Assembly (NCBI GenBank): GCA_965205025.1
Contig: CBDBFU010000020.1
Coordinates: 32,001 to 96,000 of the forward strand
Direction of reading: 5' to 3'
Length of the DNA: 64,000 nt
Origin: Candidatus Poribacteria bacterium
Lineage (GTDB): Bacteria; Poribacteria; WGA-4E; WGA-3G
The position numbers and the translations under genes are program-made. The notes under the pieces are model-generated. The model was not told the origin of the DNA. It was given only the letters and a program-made list of their open reading frames with translations, and ran no database searches. Of the stretch, positions 10,601-19,713 are shown piece by piece; positions within the stretch are counted from its first letter, which is position 1; every line of letters starts with the position of its first letter.

Positions 10601-12346
10601 CGGGAACAGCAGACAAAAATGCTCGTCGGCAGCGATGATGCCGTAAAAGTACGGATCAATGGACAAATGGTTCACAAAAATGCTGTAAATAGAGGGAGTT
10701 CTGGATACCAAGATGAATTCGATGTGACACTGAAAGAAGGCACAAATGTATTACTCGTAGCTGTTTATGAAGGGGTCGGTTCATGGAGTGGATTCTTCGG
10801 ATTCGCACCAGACGCAGATTATACAGTATTGTCATATCGCAACAGATTTTTCTTGGAGACAGAGACAACGCAACTAAATGTCGACGAAACATTTACACTA
10901 CACCTAAACGGAACAGAAGTTGATGATCTTGCGGGGTGGCAAGCCGATATTGCGTATGACCCCGCTGTGCTAAAAGCACAAAAGGTAACCGAAGGGAGTT
11001 TCCTCAAGCAAAATAGAGGTCGCACCTATTTCCGAAAGGGAACGATTGATAATGAAATCGGCAGAATTACCGGAATCAGTTCTGCCAGAACTACTACCGG
11101 TGGTGTAGATGGAGAGGGTAGGTTGCTGTCAATCACATTTGAAACAATTGCTATCGGGGAAAGCCGAGTCGAACTCCGAAACTTTCACGGCGGCACCAGC
11201 ATAGGTGAAAACATCTTTTCTGTCCCACCTAAAACCACAATCATCGTCAAGGACTCAACAATAGATCCACCCATCATCGGGTTCACTCTGTCTACAAACA
11301 CGACAACAATTGCCGTAGACGACACCTTTACGCTCAATCTCAACGCAAATAATATCAACAACCTTGCGGGGTGGTCCGCGGATATTACCTTTGACCCGAA
11401 GGTGCTTGAAGCAGAAAAGGTGGATGAAGGAGAGTTTCTAAAGTCTGATGGTGGAACCACATTCTTCGTGGCTGGTGCTATTAATAATACGACTGGCAAA
11501 ATAATAGGACTCAATACAGCACGTATCGGTGGCATCGGAAGTAGCGGCACCGGTACATTGATGACCATCACTTTCCACGCAAAAGCAAATGGCACGACAA
11601 ATATCGCTTTCACAAACTTCCAAGCAGGCACAAACGCAGGAGATGCAATCCCTTCTGATCCACTCAATCTGACCATCACTATCGGTGAAGATGATATGAA
11701 CTCTGGTGAAGAAGATAATACACTCCTTGCTGCAGATGTTAACAAAGATGGATCAGTGAGTATCCTTGACCTCATCATCGTTGCAGGATATTTAGGACGA
11801 GATGCAAGCACTTACCCAAGAGCTGATGTCAATGGTGATAATATCATCTCAATATTAGACCTCATCCTCGTCGCAAATAGTATCGGAACAACAGAGTCAA
11901 GCGCACCGGCTTTCCTAACAGCAGATACTGATACGCTTACACCTACAATCATAAGCGCATGGATAGAACACGCACAGACGCAAAATGACGGTTCCCACGC
12001 ATTTAAAGTGGGAATTGCTAACCTTTACAAACTATTGGAGAGCGTGATACCGAATCAGACATCGCTGCTTCCGAATTATCCGAACCCATTTAACCCAGAG
12101 ACGTGGATACCTTATCAACTCGCGAAGTCCACAGACGTAGCACTGACGATCTATTCAGCAGATGGAAAGGTTATCCGAACGCTCGAATTGGGTGTGAAGT
12201 CTGCGGGGATTTATCAAGACCGAAACCGTGCTGCATATTGGGATGGGAAAAATGACATAGGTGAATCTGTTGCAAGTGGTGTTTACCTCTATACCCTCAC
12301 TGCAGGTGAGTTTATTGCAACACGCAAGATGTTGATAATGAAGTAG
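7658..12346 (+). CDS. Large secreted multidomain protein: c-type cytochrome region (2 CxxCH) + LRR + beta-sandwich + 2 cohesin-like + dockerin + FlgD-Ig/T9SS-like C-terminal domain
   Basis: CLGCH and CFGCH; RMPLG resembles planctomycete cytochrome c domains; IPDINLR cap with ~13 LRRs; two LAGWxADIxxDPxVL cohesin-type domains; DVNKDGSVSILDL dockerin; NYPNPFNPETW tail. Confidence 0.88.
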   Translation: MKRQIFWLALSYLLIVSLGYNIAIAQQPIAQQAYSVIEKHCLGCHGEFGTFTEDLIITYPTLISSGLVIPGNPTGSEFYQRLLGPTDNGPRMPLGQPLSADLIATVRKWIEMGAPDWNNIPPPDKSFISTDTILDTISTHLNTLPTFNRSYVRYFTMTHLYNAGTTPDVLQVYQEALSKLVNSLSWGRTVVNPTPIDEAETIFYIDLRHYEWDVRSDAWTRIEQTYPYKQPFEAETEAEQRQKLTNLQQEMDCEVPFVQADWFLAAASLPPLYHDILALPDTDTALEKQLEVDVAGNLQTAPGIRVWRAGFNDSGVSNNNRVVERHTSRYGAYWKSYDFAGSVGTQDIFTHPITFRQDGGEVVFNLPNGLQAYYISDASGNRLDDAPIAIVSNPAASDPVVRNGLSCFGCHTEGMKTFTDQVRAVIEDEVNPNFNKTQALALYPEKDVMDRLIEQDKQVYKTALEKTGGRIGGIEPIHRFYEVFLSPLDAAQAAAAVGLQTDAFREQINKKNSLQDLGLLVLTQENGTIKRDKWTDVFAQVLTVLPEDVSEPIPPDPIDDDRQDYVHIPDINLRAAIETALNKPQGTPITINDMQTLRTFVAENKGIQNLTGLQFATQVTLLKLGNNAITDVSPLAELTQLGSIHLWGNRIADMTPLANLINAHWLGLGDNAITDITPLKNLIKLTGLDIGKNPISDVSPLADLISLTDLFAENIQVTDLSMLARIPRLKRLSLGNNKSITQLPNLTGIKTLTRLDIINTSIKDISALSTFTQLKTLDLYGNLIEDITPIAPLVNLTRLHLSDNIIEDISPLSELTQLKKLYLHSNIISDVTSLAGLTNLEHLHLNNNVITDFSPLEALAKTISDFRTEGNPGSTTIGIGGPKIVGPWLWMIVPTRDTESADAARRNIDYLAQVSGGVVTELGIATHGAIEGDPVGDKVWTLSKISPTDGNNINTLANATGLGAGDINRHVAYGSILLHAPREQQTKMLVGSDDAVKVRINGQMVHKNAVNRGSSGYQDEFDVTLKEGTNVLLVAVYEGVGSWSGFFGFAPDADYTVLSYRNRFFLETETTQLNVDETFTLHLNGTEVDDLAGWQADIAYDPAVLKAQKVTEGSFLKQNRGRTYFRKGTIDNEIGRITGISSARTTTGGVDGEGRLLSITFETIAIGESRVELRNFHGGTSIGENIFSVPPKTTIIVKDSTIDPPIIGFTLSTNTTTIAVDDTFTLNLNANNINNLAGWSADITFDPKVLEAEKVDEGEFLKSDGGTTFFVAGAINNTTGKIIGLNTARIGGIGSSGTGTLMTITFHAKANGTTNIAFTNFQAGTNAGDAIPSDPLNLTITIGEDDMNSGEEDNTLLAADVNKDGSVSILDLIIVAGYLGRDASTYPRADVNGDNIISILDLILVANSIGTTESSAPAFLTADTDTLTPTIISAWIEHAQTQNDGSHAFKVGIANLYKLLESVIPNQTSLLPNYPNPFNPETWIPYQLAKSTDVALTIYSADGKVIRTLELGVKSAGIYQDRNRAAYWDGKNDIGESVASGVYLYTLTAGEFIATRKMLIMK

Positions 12347-12485
12347 TATCAAATGACCATTCGTATCTAATAATAGTTTGAAAATGATGAAATTTGTTAT
12401 TCTTGAAGAGTGATCTATAAAAGGAACGTAAACGCGATTATACATGTTGACGTTATTAAGGCATATACTTTCAAAAGGATAAAAA

Positions 12486-13223
12486 ATGACACCCCGATCT
12501 TTTATTTCAAATCTTTCAGTAATTTTGATGTTTTTTATCATGTTTAGTTGTGGTAGCGATGAAGAACCGCTAACTCGAAATCCTATTCAAGATTTTCCCA
12601 AATCAGATATAATCGGTTCTTGGAATGTTACGTCTATCAATGATAACAATCCACTCGCCTTTATTCACACCTATGAACCGTTCGAAGTAGACGATGATAC
12701 AGATGGAGATATTATATCTATTGCCAATCCAGATCCAGCGGATGATACGGACATATTCGAGATTATTATTGAGAATTTCAAATTTGATTTCACAACAGAT
12801 GATTTGTGGACTTTGAATGTTGACTTTACAACAACACTCCAGATTCCTGTTGAAGATAAACTTCCTGCTGAAGATGAACTTCCTGATCCGACGGATATGG
12901 GTGAGGGGGCAGTCAGTCCTGGGGGTTCTATGCTCGATGGAGAAGTTCAAATAACAGGAACATGGTCAGGAACTTACAGCATCATTGAAGATTCTATGCT
13001 CTCCTTAATCACAAATGAACAAGATTTACAAGTAACATCTGTCAATGAAGGTACATTTGAAAATGAGTTGAGTACCCGAAAAGTTGCGATTAGAGACGAG
13101 TATCTGAGAAAATTTAAGACAAACATGCTTACACCCTTCGGCAGAGCATATATGACTTTAGAAGAACAGATACTTACACTTTTAGTGCCGGGTGGTAGAA
13201 AAACAATGGTTCTTGAAAGATAA
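12486..13223 (+). CDS. Hypothetical acidic lipoprotein (lipocalin-like N-terminal motif)
   Basis: Lipobox-like FSC.G followed by IIGSWNVTSIN. Confidence 0.7.
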   Translation: MTPRSFISNLSVILMFFIMFSCGSDEEPLTRNPIQDFPKSDIIGSWNVTSINDNNPLAFIHTYEPFEVDDDTDGDIISIANPDPADDTDIFEIIIENFKFDFTTDDLWTLNVDFTTTLQIPVEDKLPAEDELPDPTDMGEGAVSPGGSMLDGEVQITGTWSGTYSIIEDSMLSLITNEQDLQVTSVNEGTFENELSTRKVAIRDEYLRKFKTNMLTPFGRAYMTLEEQILTLLVPGGRKTMVLER

Positions 13224-13251
13224 GCGTATCCCATACTCTGTTCTACCAGCA

Positions 13252-13350
13252 AAGGCACAGAATACATTAAGCCATCTTGATATACAAAGTGAAATCGTAG
13301 TATCGGATAATGGTTCTACCGTTAATTCTGTCGTGATTGTGCAAAGCGGT
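13252..13350 (+). pseudogene. Glycosyltransferase family 2 N-terminal fragment
   Basis: Translates to KAQNTLSHLDIQSEIVVSDNGSTVNSVVIVQSG (GT2 EIxVxDNGSxD-like motif); no credible start and no continuation. Confidence 0.6.
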
Positions 13351-13396
13351 ATAACCAGCATTTGCTACGATATATCTAATATTCGTTGTAAGTTTA

Positions 13397-14296
13397 CTAC
13401 ACCAAGTTTGAAATTCTTGCTTGTTCACCAGCATGATATGAACTACGAACCAGAGGACCAGATTCTACATGTCGAAATCCCATGGTTAATCCTGCTTCTT
13501 TAAGTTCATCGAATTCTTCGGGAGTGTAGTATCGATGTATCGGTAAGTGTCGTGAGGAGGGTGAGAGGTATTGTCCAATTGTGAGAATATCACAACCAGT
13601 ATTGCATATATCCTGCATAGTTTCAAGGAGTTCTACTACCGTTTCTCCTAAGCCAACCATCAAACCTGATTTTGTTATCATTTCTGGTTTGATTTCTTTA
13701 CTAATTTTGAGAAGATTCAGAGATTGTTGGTAATTTGCGTATGGCCGTGCACGTCGATAGAGTCTTTGAACCGTTTCAGTATTATGATTGAGTATTTCAG
13801 GTTTAGCTTCTATTATGATATTTAATGCATCCCAATTACCCTCAAGATCTGGGATCAATACCTCAATTGAACAACTTGGTCGTTTTTCACGTGCAATCTT
13901 GATACATTCAGCAAAAATACTCGCTCCACCATCAGGTAAATCATCTCTGTTAACAGATGTAATGACGACATGATTCAGCATTAAATATTCGACTGCTTCA
14001 CCAAGTCTACGTGGTTCATCTGAATCAACGACACCCCCAGGTTTACCTTTTTGAACAGCACAGAACATGCATCGACGTGTACATATATCACCTAAGATCA
14101 TAAAAGTCGCTGTTCTGCTATTCCAACATTCACCTATATTTGGACAACGTGCTTCTTCACAGACTGTATGGAGTTGTAAGTCACGCATTAAGTTTTTCAA
14201 CTCAGCATAGTTTTCCCCACTTGGTATGCGAGCTTTTATCCATGATGGATGTCTTCTTGATGGTTCTGAATTTATGACAGGAAGGTTAATATCCAT
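13397..14296 (-). CDS. lipA: Lipoyl synthase
   Basis: CEEARCPNIGEC, CTRRCMFC and RSSYHA motifs. Start moved to ATG 14296 because the longer ORF overlaps the tRNA. Confidence 0.97.
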   Translation of the reverse strand: MDINLPVINSEPSRRHPSWIKARIPSGENYAELKNLMRDLQLHTVCEEARCPNIGECWNSRTATFMILGDICTRRCMFCAVQKGKPGGVVDSDEPRRLGEAVEYLMLNHVVITSVNRDDLPDGGASIFAECIKIAREKRPSCSIEVLIPDLEGNWDALNIIIEAKPEILNHNTETVQRLYRRARPYANYQQSLNLLKISKEIKPEMITKSGLMVGLGETVVELLETMQDICNTGCDILTIGQYLSPSSRHLPIHRYYTPEEFDELKEAGLTMGFRHVESGPLVRSSYHAGEQARISNLV

Positions 14297-14316
14297 TTCT
14301 GTGTTTATGTAAACAA

Positions 14317-14410
14317 TGGCGGGAGAGGGTGGGAATCGAACCCACCTATCCACTTGCATGGACAAGCCGGTTTTGAAGACCGGTAGGGACACCAGACCCT
14401 ATCCTCCCCC
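14317..14410 (-). tRNA. selC: tRNA-Sec (anticodon UCA)
   Basis: Reverse complement GGGGGAGG-AT-AGGGTC-TGGT-GTCCCT-A-CCGGT-CTTCAAA-ACCGG-long variable arm-GTGGG-TTCGATT-CCCAC-CCTCTCCC-G-CCA: 8-bp acceptor stem, 5-bp T stem, long D stem with 4-nt loop, G73; directly downstream of selB. Confidence 0.97.
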
Positions 14411-14449
14411 ATATACAATTAGTCTTAACAAATCATATTCAGTGGAAAA

Positions 14450-16384
14450 TCAACTTTGTCTTGAAGACAATCTCCTAACATTCCCCTCTCTGACTGTTAT
14501 ATTCTGAGAGTCACAGTACTCAAGGAAAGGAACTGCGTATTTTCTGGAGGTCTGACCCAGTTCACGAAATTCTCCAACAGAAATCGTATCATTATTTATC
14601 AAATAATCCTTTAATGTCTCTACAGTCTCATCGAATACCTTCGTGTGAATGAAGTAATTATCAGCTACTTTAATGAAGTGCCCGAGATTCAAGAGGGCGT
14701 AGAATGTAGATTCCACCAGTTGAGGATTGTATTCTGAGAGTTGTGTCTTTAATTCAGTCAACCCAGGTGTATTAATCCCTGCATCGAAGAATAATTTCTC
14801 TAAAGTTTCTTTTGCAGTGGATTCCTCTTCCGAGAATTGAATTTCATGGGATGCCAGTCTAATGAGATTACCATCTTTTATTATACTTTCAGATGATGTA
14901 AGTTTATCTATAATTTTTTCAAAACCAACTTCGTCAACAGAAAGATCTCTACAAAGTTGTGCTGCATTCTGTCCAGCCAGTAATGGCTGTTGTTTATGAA
15001 ATTGTTCAAGAATAGAAATCAGTTTTTCTTCTATTTCAGCAGTACGTTTTGCATCAGAAACGAGTGGTGTTCTACTTGAAACATCCCATCTTACAATTTT
15101 ACTTTCTGACGCCAAATTCTCTAATATAACCTTAACTTCAGTCTGTGCATAGGGTAAATAGTAATATAGAAAAGATTCCTCTATACACAATGTCTTACTG
15201 TTCTGTAATATGGCAGTGACGACAGACTCGTCATCCGCTTCTTCCCATTGTGCTAAAATAGAAATTGTCTCTTGCGTAAAGCGTTTATGCTTCGGTGCAA
15301 ATGGGTTGATAACTTCTCCACCCCCAACAGTATATTGTGCGGAGAAATCTCGAAGGATAATTCGGTCTCCACGAAATGTTAAGATTGGCTGTTCTAAACG
15401 TAGTTGTACTTGGACTGTGTCACCAGGGAGAATTGCCTCGTCAACCAATAATATCATTCTACAGAATATCTCACGTGTACCCAGATATGCTCTAAACCGC
15501 CCCCAATGTTCTATCATTCTTGGAAATGAGGATAGTACTTGTAAAGATATATCAATATTATCTGTGGCGCGTGAAAATTCTACCGGACACAATACATCCC
15601 CTCTCTGAATGTCATTTGCAGATGTACCAGATAGGTTTAAGGCAGTTCTTTGTCCTGCTTGAGCAACATTGGCTGGTTCATTATGTACTTGAATACCGCG
15701 TACTCTTACTTCATTCCCTTGAGGTAAAATCACCATTCTTTGATCTCTATTAACTACACCACCAATCAGAGTACCCGTAACAACTACACCAAATCCTTGA
15801 ACAGTAAACACACGATCAACATATAAACGTGGTATTCCATTATAATCTTGTTTATTTGTAGTTTGATTTACTTGTTCGACAATCATCTGCTTAAGTTTGT
15901 CAATTCCGTGACCAGTAATTGATGAGACACTAACAGATGGAATTCCTTCAAGTGATGTACCAACCAACATTTCTTGTGTCATTTCAGTTGCATCAGTTAA
16001 TTCCTCAGGTGTAGCTAAATCAGATTTTGTCATCACAAGAATACCGTTGGATATCCCGAGTAAATCTAAAATAGCCAGATGTTCAAGTGTTTGTTCTTGT
16101 ACACCTTCTTTGGCATCCACGACGAACAAAACAATATCCATCCCATAGGCACCAGATAACATATTCCGAATGAATTTCTCATGTCCAGGAACATCTACAA
16201 TCCCCGCTCTGGTATTATCAGGTAGATCAAAATAAGCAAATCCTAATTCAATAGATAAGCCTCTCTCGCGTTCCTCTTTTAATCTATCAGTCTCTATTCC
16301 TGTAAGTGTACCCACCAACGCAGTCTTACCATGGTCTACGTGTCCAGCTGTACCAATGATGAGATGTCTATTTACTTGATCCAT
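14450..16384 (-). CDS. selB: Selenocysteine-specific elongation factor
   Basis: GTAGHVDHGKT, ERERGLSIELGFA, DVPGHEKF, C-terminal winged helix TSRKYAVPFLEY. Confidence 0.97.
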   Translation of the reverse strand: MDQVNRHLIIGTAGHVDHGKTALVGTLTGIETDRLKEERERGLSIELGFAYFDLPDNTRAGIVDVPGHEKFIRNMLSGAYGMDIVLFVVDAKEGVQEQTLEHLAILDLLGISNGILVMTKSDLATPEELTDATEMTQEMLVGTSLEGIPSVSVSSITGHGIDKLKQMIVEQVNQTTNKQDYNGIPRLYVDRVFTVQGFGVVVTGTLIGGVVNRDQRMVILPQGNEVRVRGIQVHNEPANVAQAGQRTALNLSGTSANDIQRGDVLCPVEFSRATDNIDISLQVLSSFPRMIEHWGRFRAYLGTREIFCRMILLVDEAILPGDTVQVQLRLEQPILTFRGDRIILRDFSAQYTVGGGEVINPFAPKHKRFTQETISILAQWEEADDESVVTAILQNSKTLCIEESFLYYYLPYAQTEVKVILENLASESKIVRWDVSSRTPLVSDAKRTAEIEEKLISILEQFHKQQPLLAGQNAAQLCRDLSVDEVGFEKIIDKLTSSESIIKDGNLIRLASHEIQFSEEESTAKETLEKLFFDAGINTPGLTELKTQLSEYNPQLVESTFYALLNLGHFIKVADNYFIHTKVFDETVETLKDYLINNDTISVGEFRELGQTSRKYAVPFLEYCDSQNITVREGNVRRLSSRQS

Positions 16385-17163
16385 CAGTCTTGTATATGTT
16401 CTGTTTCAATCATTTTTCCGATTCGATTATAACGAATTCGACCAAGAATTTTCCATAATTCCCATAACTTAATGCCTTTTCCATTATATGACCAATAAAC
16501 CATAAAGGCTTGTCCTTTTATTCTGTTTACTTCGACAGGACCCCATGTTCGACTATCACTACTCTGGTCGCGATTATCTCCCATGGCAAAAACCATCCCT
16601 TTAGGCACTACAAAAGGATTCCCTTCAGGGAATTTCCTTTTGAATTGATTTTCTGAAAGTGTGAAGTCCTTGAATATTTCATTATTGTTCATATATGGTG
16701 GTGGCTGACGGAACGGTGGAAAGTTTCTACCTCTTCTAAAATGTGATTGTACATGCTTTGTATATTCACTATCTTCTACTGCTATACCATTGACATAGAG
16801 AGTTTTACCATTTGTATATATTGTATCACCTTCTACTGCTACAATACGTTTGATGAAATTCCTATTTGTTTCATGTGGAGGTATAAATACAAATACATCT
16901 CCCCGTGTAGGTTTATGGAAATCAAAAACTCTAATATCTGTCCCTGGGATCTTTATCCCATAAATGAATTTACATACCAAGATACGATCCCCAACTAAGA
17001 GTGTGTCTTCCATTGAACCTGAAGGAATCTTAAATGCTTCTACTACAAATGGACGGATAAACCCAAATACCAGTATTAAAGCAACGACAATTACTTGTGT
17101 ATATTCCCATACAATGGTGTTACGAAATTTCTGCCATTTTGACATTTGTACATCAGTATTCAT
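16384..17163 (-). CDS. lepB: Signal peptidase I
   Basis: IPSGSMEDTL, FIKRIV, GDNRDQSSDSR; downstream of lepA. Confidence 0.96.
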   Translation of the reverse strand: MNTDVQMSKWQKFRNTIVWEYTQVIVVALILVFGFIRPFVVEAFKIPSGSMEDTLLVGDRILVCKFIYGIKIPGTDIRVFDFHKPTRGDVFVFIPPHETNRNFIKRIVAVEGDTIYTNGKTLYVNGIAVEDSEYTKHVQSHFRRGRNFPPFRQPPPYMNNNEIFKDFTLSENQFKRKFPEGNPFVVPKGMVFAMGDNRDQSSDSRTWGPVEVNRIKGQAFMVYWSYNGKGIKLWELWKILGRIRYNRIGKMIETEHIQD

Positions 17164-17241
17164 TGAATTCTATATCCATCAATTCTCAGATGGTTACCCT
17201 TTCTGACTATAAGAAAAATTAATGATCTATTCTGTGTAGTA

Positions 17242-19047
17242 CTATTCATCACTTGCCAACATTGCGGTGAAGGCTTCTTGGGGAACATCTACACTTCCAA
17301 TTTGCTTAAGCCTCTTTTTACCTTCCTTTTGGCGTTCTAACAATTTTCTCTTTCGTGTTATATCCCCACCATAACACTTTGCGGTGACATTTTTCCTGAG
17401 TGCTCTTACAGATTCCCGTGCCACAATCTTATTCCCAATTGCAGCTTGAACAGGAATTTCAAACATTTGACGAGGGATGAGTTCTTTTAATTTACTCACC
17501 AAACTCTTGCCTCGTGTCTCAGCCATCTCACGGGGTAAGATTGTTGAGAGAGCATCAACAGGATTTCCATTGAGTAGAATATCTAACTTAGCCAAATTCT
17601 CTTGTTTGTATTCGCCAATATCATATTCTAAAGATGCATATCCACGAGTTAGGGATTTCAACTTAGGAAAAAAGTCCATAAGCATTTCACTTAATGGAAG
17701 TTCATATAGAATTTGAACTCGTGTGATATCCAACTGATTCATCCTCTTATATATACCCCGTCGTTTCTGACAAAGTTCCATCGCATTACCGATATATTCA
17801 CGTGGAAGGATTATATCAATATTGACATACGGCTCTTCAATATGTTCAATATCTTGTACTTCTGGTAAATGTGCTGGATTGTCAACGTATACCTGTTCAC
17901 CAGATTTTAGATTGACTCGGTACATCACACTTGGGGCAGTTCTAACAAGTTCAAGCTCAAATTCTCTCTCAAGTCGTTCATGAATTACCTCCATATGAAG
18001 TAATCCCAAGAACCCACATCGAAAACCGAAACCCAGAGCAATAGAGGTTTCAGGTTCATAGGTAAATGATGAATCATTTAAACGCAGTTTCTCTAAGGCT
18101 TCGCGTAGTGCATGAAATTGATTGGTATCTGAGGGATATAACCCACTGAAAACGAGTGGTTTGATTTCTTGATATCCAGGGAGTGGATTCGAGGTAGGAT
18201 GAAGGTGGTTAGTAATCGTATCACCGATTTTGGCATGTTCAATTTCACGTATCCCAGCAATTAGATAACCTACTGCTCCAGTTTTCAATTCATTGACAGA
18301 TTGCATTTGTGGTGTGAAAATACCAACCTCTTCAACTTCATAAGAACGTTTAGATTGCATGAGATGGATTTTATCACCTGGAGATACCATGCCTTCAAAA
18401 ATACGGGTGTACATAATTACACCACGGTAATTATTGTAAACTGAATCTATGACAAGTGCTTTTAAAGGTGCATCTGATTCTGTTTCTGGGGGAGGAACTT
18501 TATTGACGATAGTTTGTAATATGGCAGGTATACCGATACCTTCTTTAGCACTGACAAGTAGGGTTTCATCTGCAGGGATGCCTACAACCTCTTCAATTTG
18601 TCTTTTTACTTCATCAGGTTGGGCTGCTGGGAGATCAATTTTGTTTATTATGGGGATAAGTTCAAGGTCATTTTCTATGGCGAGATACGCATTTGCTAAA
18701 GTTTGTGCCTCTACACCTTGTACAGCATCAACAATTAATATTGCTCCTTCACAAGCTGCCAAACTTCTGGAAACTTCATAAGTGAAATCGACATGACCCG
18801 GTGTATCGATTAAATTCAGTTCATAGATTTTACCATCTTCGCCTTTGTAATCAAGTTTAACTGGTGTTGCTTTGATAGTAATTCCACGTTCTCGTTCAAG
18901 GTCCATTAAATCGAGAACTTGCTCTCTCATTTCTCTTTCAGCGAGTGTGTTGGTATGTTCTAAAAGTCTATCACTGAGTGTGCTTTTTCCGTGGTCTATG
19001 TGTCCTAAGATACAGAAATTACGTATATGTGTAAGTTTAGTTGACAT
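17242..19047 (-). CDS. lepA: Elongation factor 4
   Basis: IRNFCILGHIDHGKSTL, KCYGGDITRKRKLL. Start set at MSTKL; the longer ORF runs through REP repeats. Confidence 0.98.
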   Translation of the reverse strand: MSTKLTHIRNFCILGHIDHGKSTLSDRLLEHTNTLAEREMREQVLDLMDLERERGITIKATPVKLDYKGEDGKIYELNLIDTPGHVDFTYEVSRSLAACEGAILIVDAVQGVEAQTLANAYLAIENDLELIPIINKIDLPAAQPDEVKRQIEEVVGIPADETLLVSAKEGIGIPAILQTIVNKVPPPETESDAPLKALVIDSVYNNYRGVIMYTRIFEGMVSPGDKIHLMQSKRSYEVEEVGIFTPQMQSVNELKTGAVGYLIAGIREIEHAKIGDTITNHLHPTSNPLPGYQEIKPLVFSGLYPSDTNQFHALREALEKLRLNDSSFTYEPETSIALGFGFRCGFLGLLHMEVIHERLEREFELELVRTAPSVMYRVNLKSGEQVYVDNPAHLPEVQDIEHIEEPYVNIDIILPREYIGNAMELCQKRRGIYKRMNQLDITRVQILYELPLSEMLMDFFPKLKSLTRGYASLEYDIGEYKQENLAKLDILLNGNPVDALSTILPREMAETRGKSLVSKLKELIPRQMFEIPVQAAIGNKIVARESVRALRKNVTAKCYGGDITRKRKLLERQKEGKKRLKQIGSVDVPQEAFTAMLASDE

Positions 19048-19147
19048 GATATTAAAGTATACTACAAATAGGGTCATAATTCCATTAAAAGATATTAGCC
19101 AAAAGGTTATTATTGATCTGACTTTTCTTGGTGGGTGTGTAGAAGAT

Positions 19148-19223
19148 GAGTCCCGTAGGGACGGAATGTCTATAGCAAAGGTATACCCCATAATTGAGTC
19201 CCGTAGGGACGGAATGTTTATAG
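19148..19223 (-). repeat. REP-like hairpin doublet (family A, gtccc-gta-gggac variant)
   Basis: gagtcccgtagggacggaatgt(c/t)tatag twice, 48 nt apart; inverted copy at 21036-21063. Confidence 0.9.
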
Positions 19224-19505
19224 ATATACGTAACTGTATCCGTTCTAAAGACCTGTGGGTGTCTTCAATAGACCAACCTACGAAATGTTTATATAAAACT
19301 TTCTAACTAAATTGGCTTTTCTGGTCTGCTATTAATGTTAGTTAATTAAGTCAAATTGGTATAACAATACCTTCGCCAATTACCTGAGTTTTAGTTGAAT
19401 GGTGTCATAGTGAGTAAGACCGATTGCTCAGAGAAGTTCCGAGATTTCAGGTTTTTGCTGAAGTCGTTTTGAATCGTATATAGACCAAATTCACATCCAA
19501 TTGAG

Positions 19506-19633
19506 TTTATGGGTGGACACAGACTAACAGTCTATGGGACAATACTGATCAGAATCGAAGGTTTCCAACTGGAGAAAAAGCAACTTAGGTAGATTATGAA
19601 CGTTAGCCATTTTGGCGAATGTATTGAGTATAA
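19506..19633 (+). promoter_or_regulatory. Conserved ~130-nt upstream element, copy 2
   Basis: Homologous to 4121-4251. Confidence 0.6.
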
Positions 19634-19713
19634 AAAGATAATTTAAGTCGGAAATATATCCAAAGTTTCCTCATTAATTAATGAAGGGGATAAAACTAAA
19701 AAAGGAGGAACAA

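Noticed and set aside
11185-11811. Long antisense ORFs (also 4220-4783, 9589-10074, 37083-37778)
   Set aside because: Antisense to well-supported genes, with no independent motifs or RBS
14297-14392. N-terminal extension of lipA in the ORF track
   Set aside because: It reads through the tRNA-Sec gene
19048-19191. N-terminal extension of lepA in the ORF track
   Set aside because: Runs through AT-rich and REP sequence; homology begins at MSTKLTHIRNF
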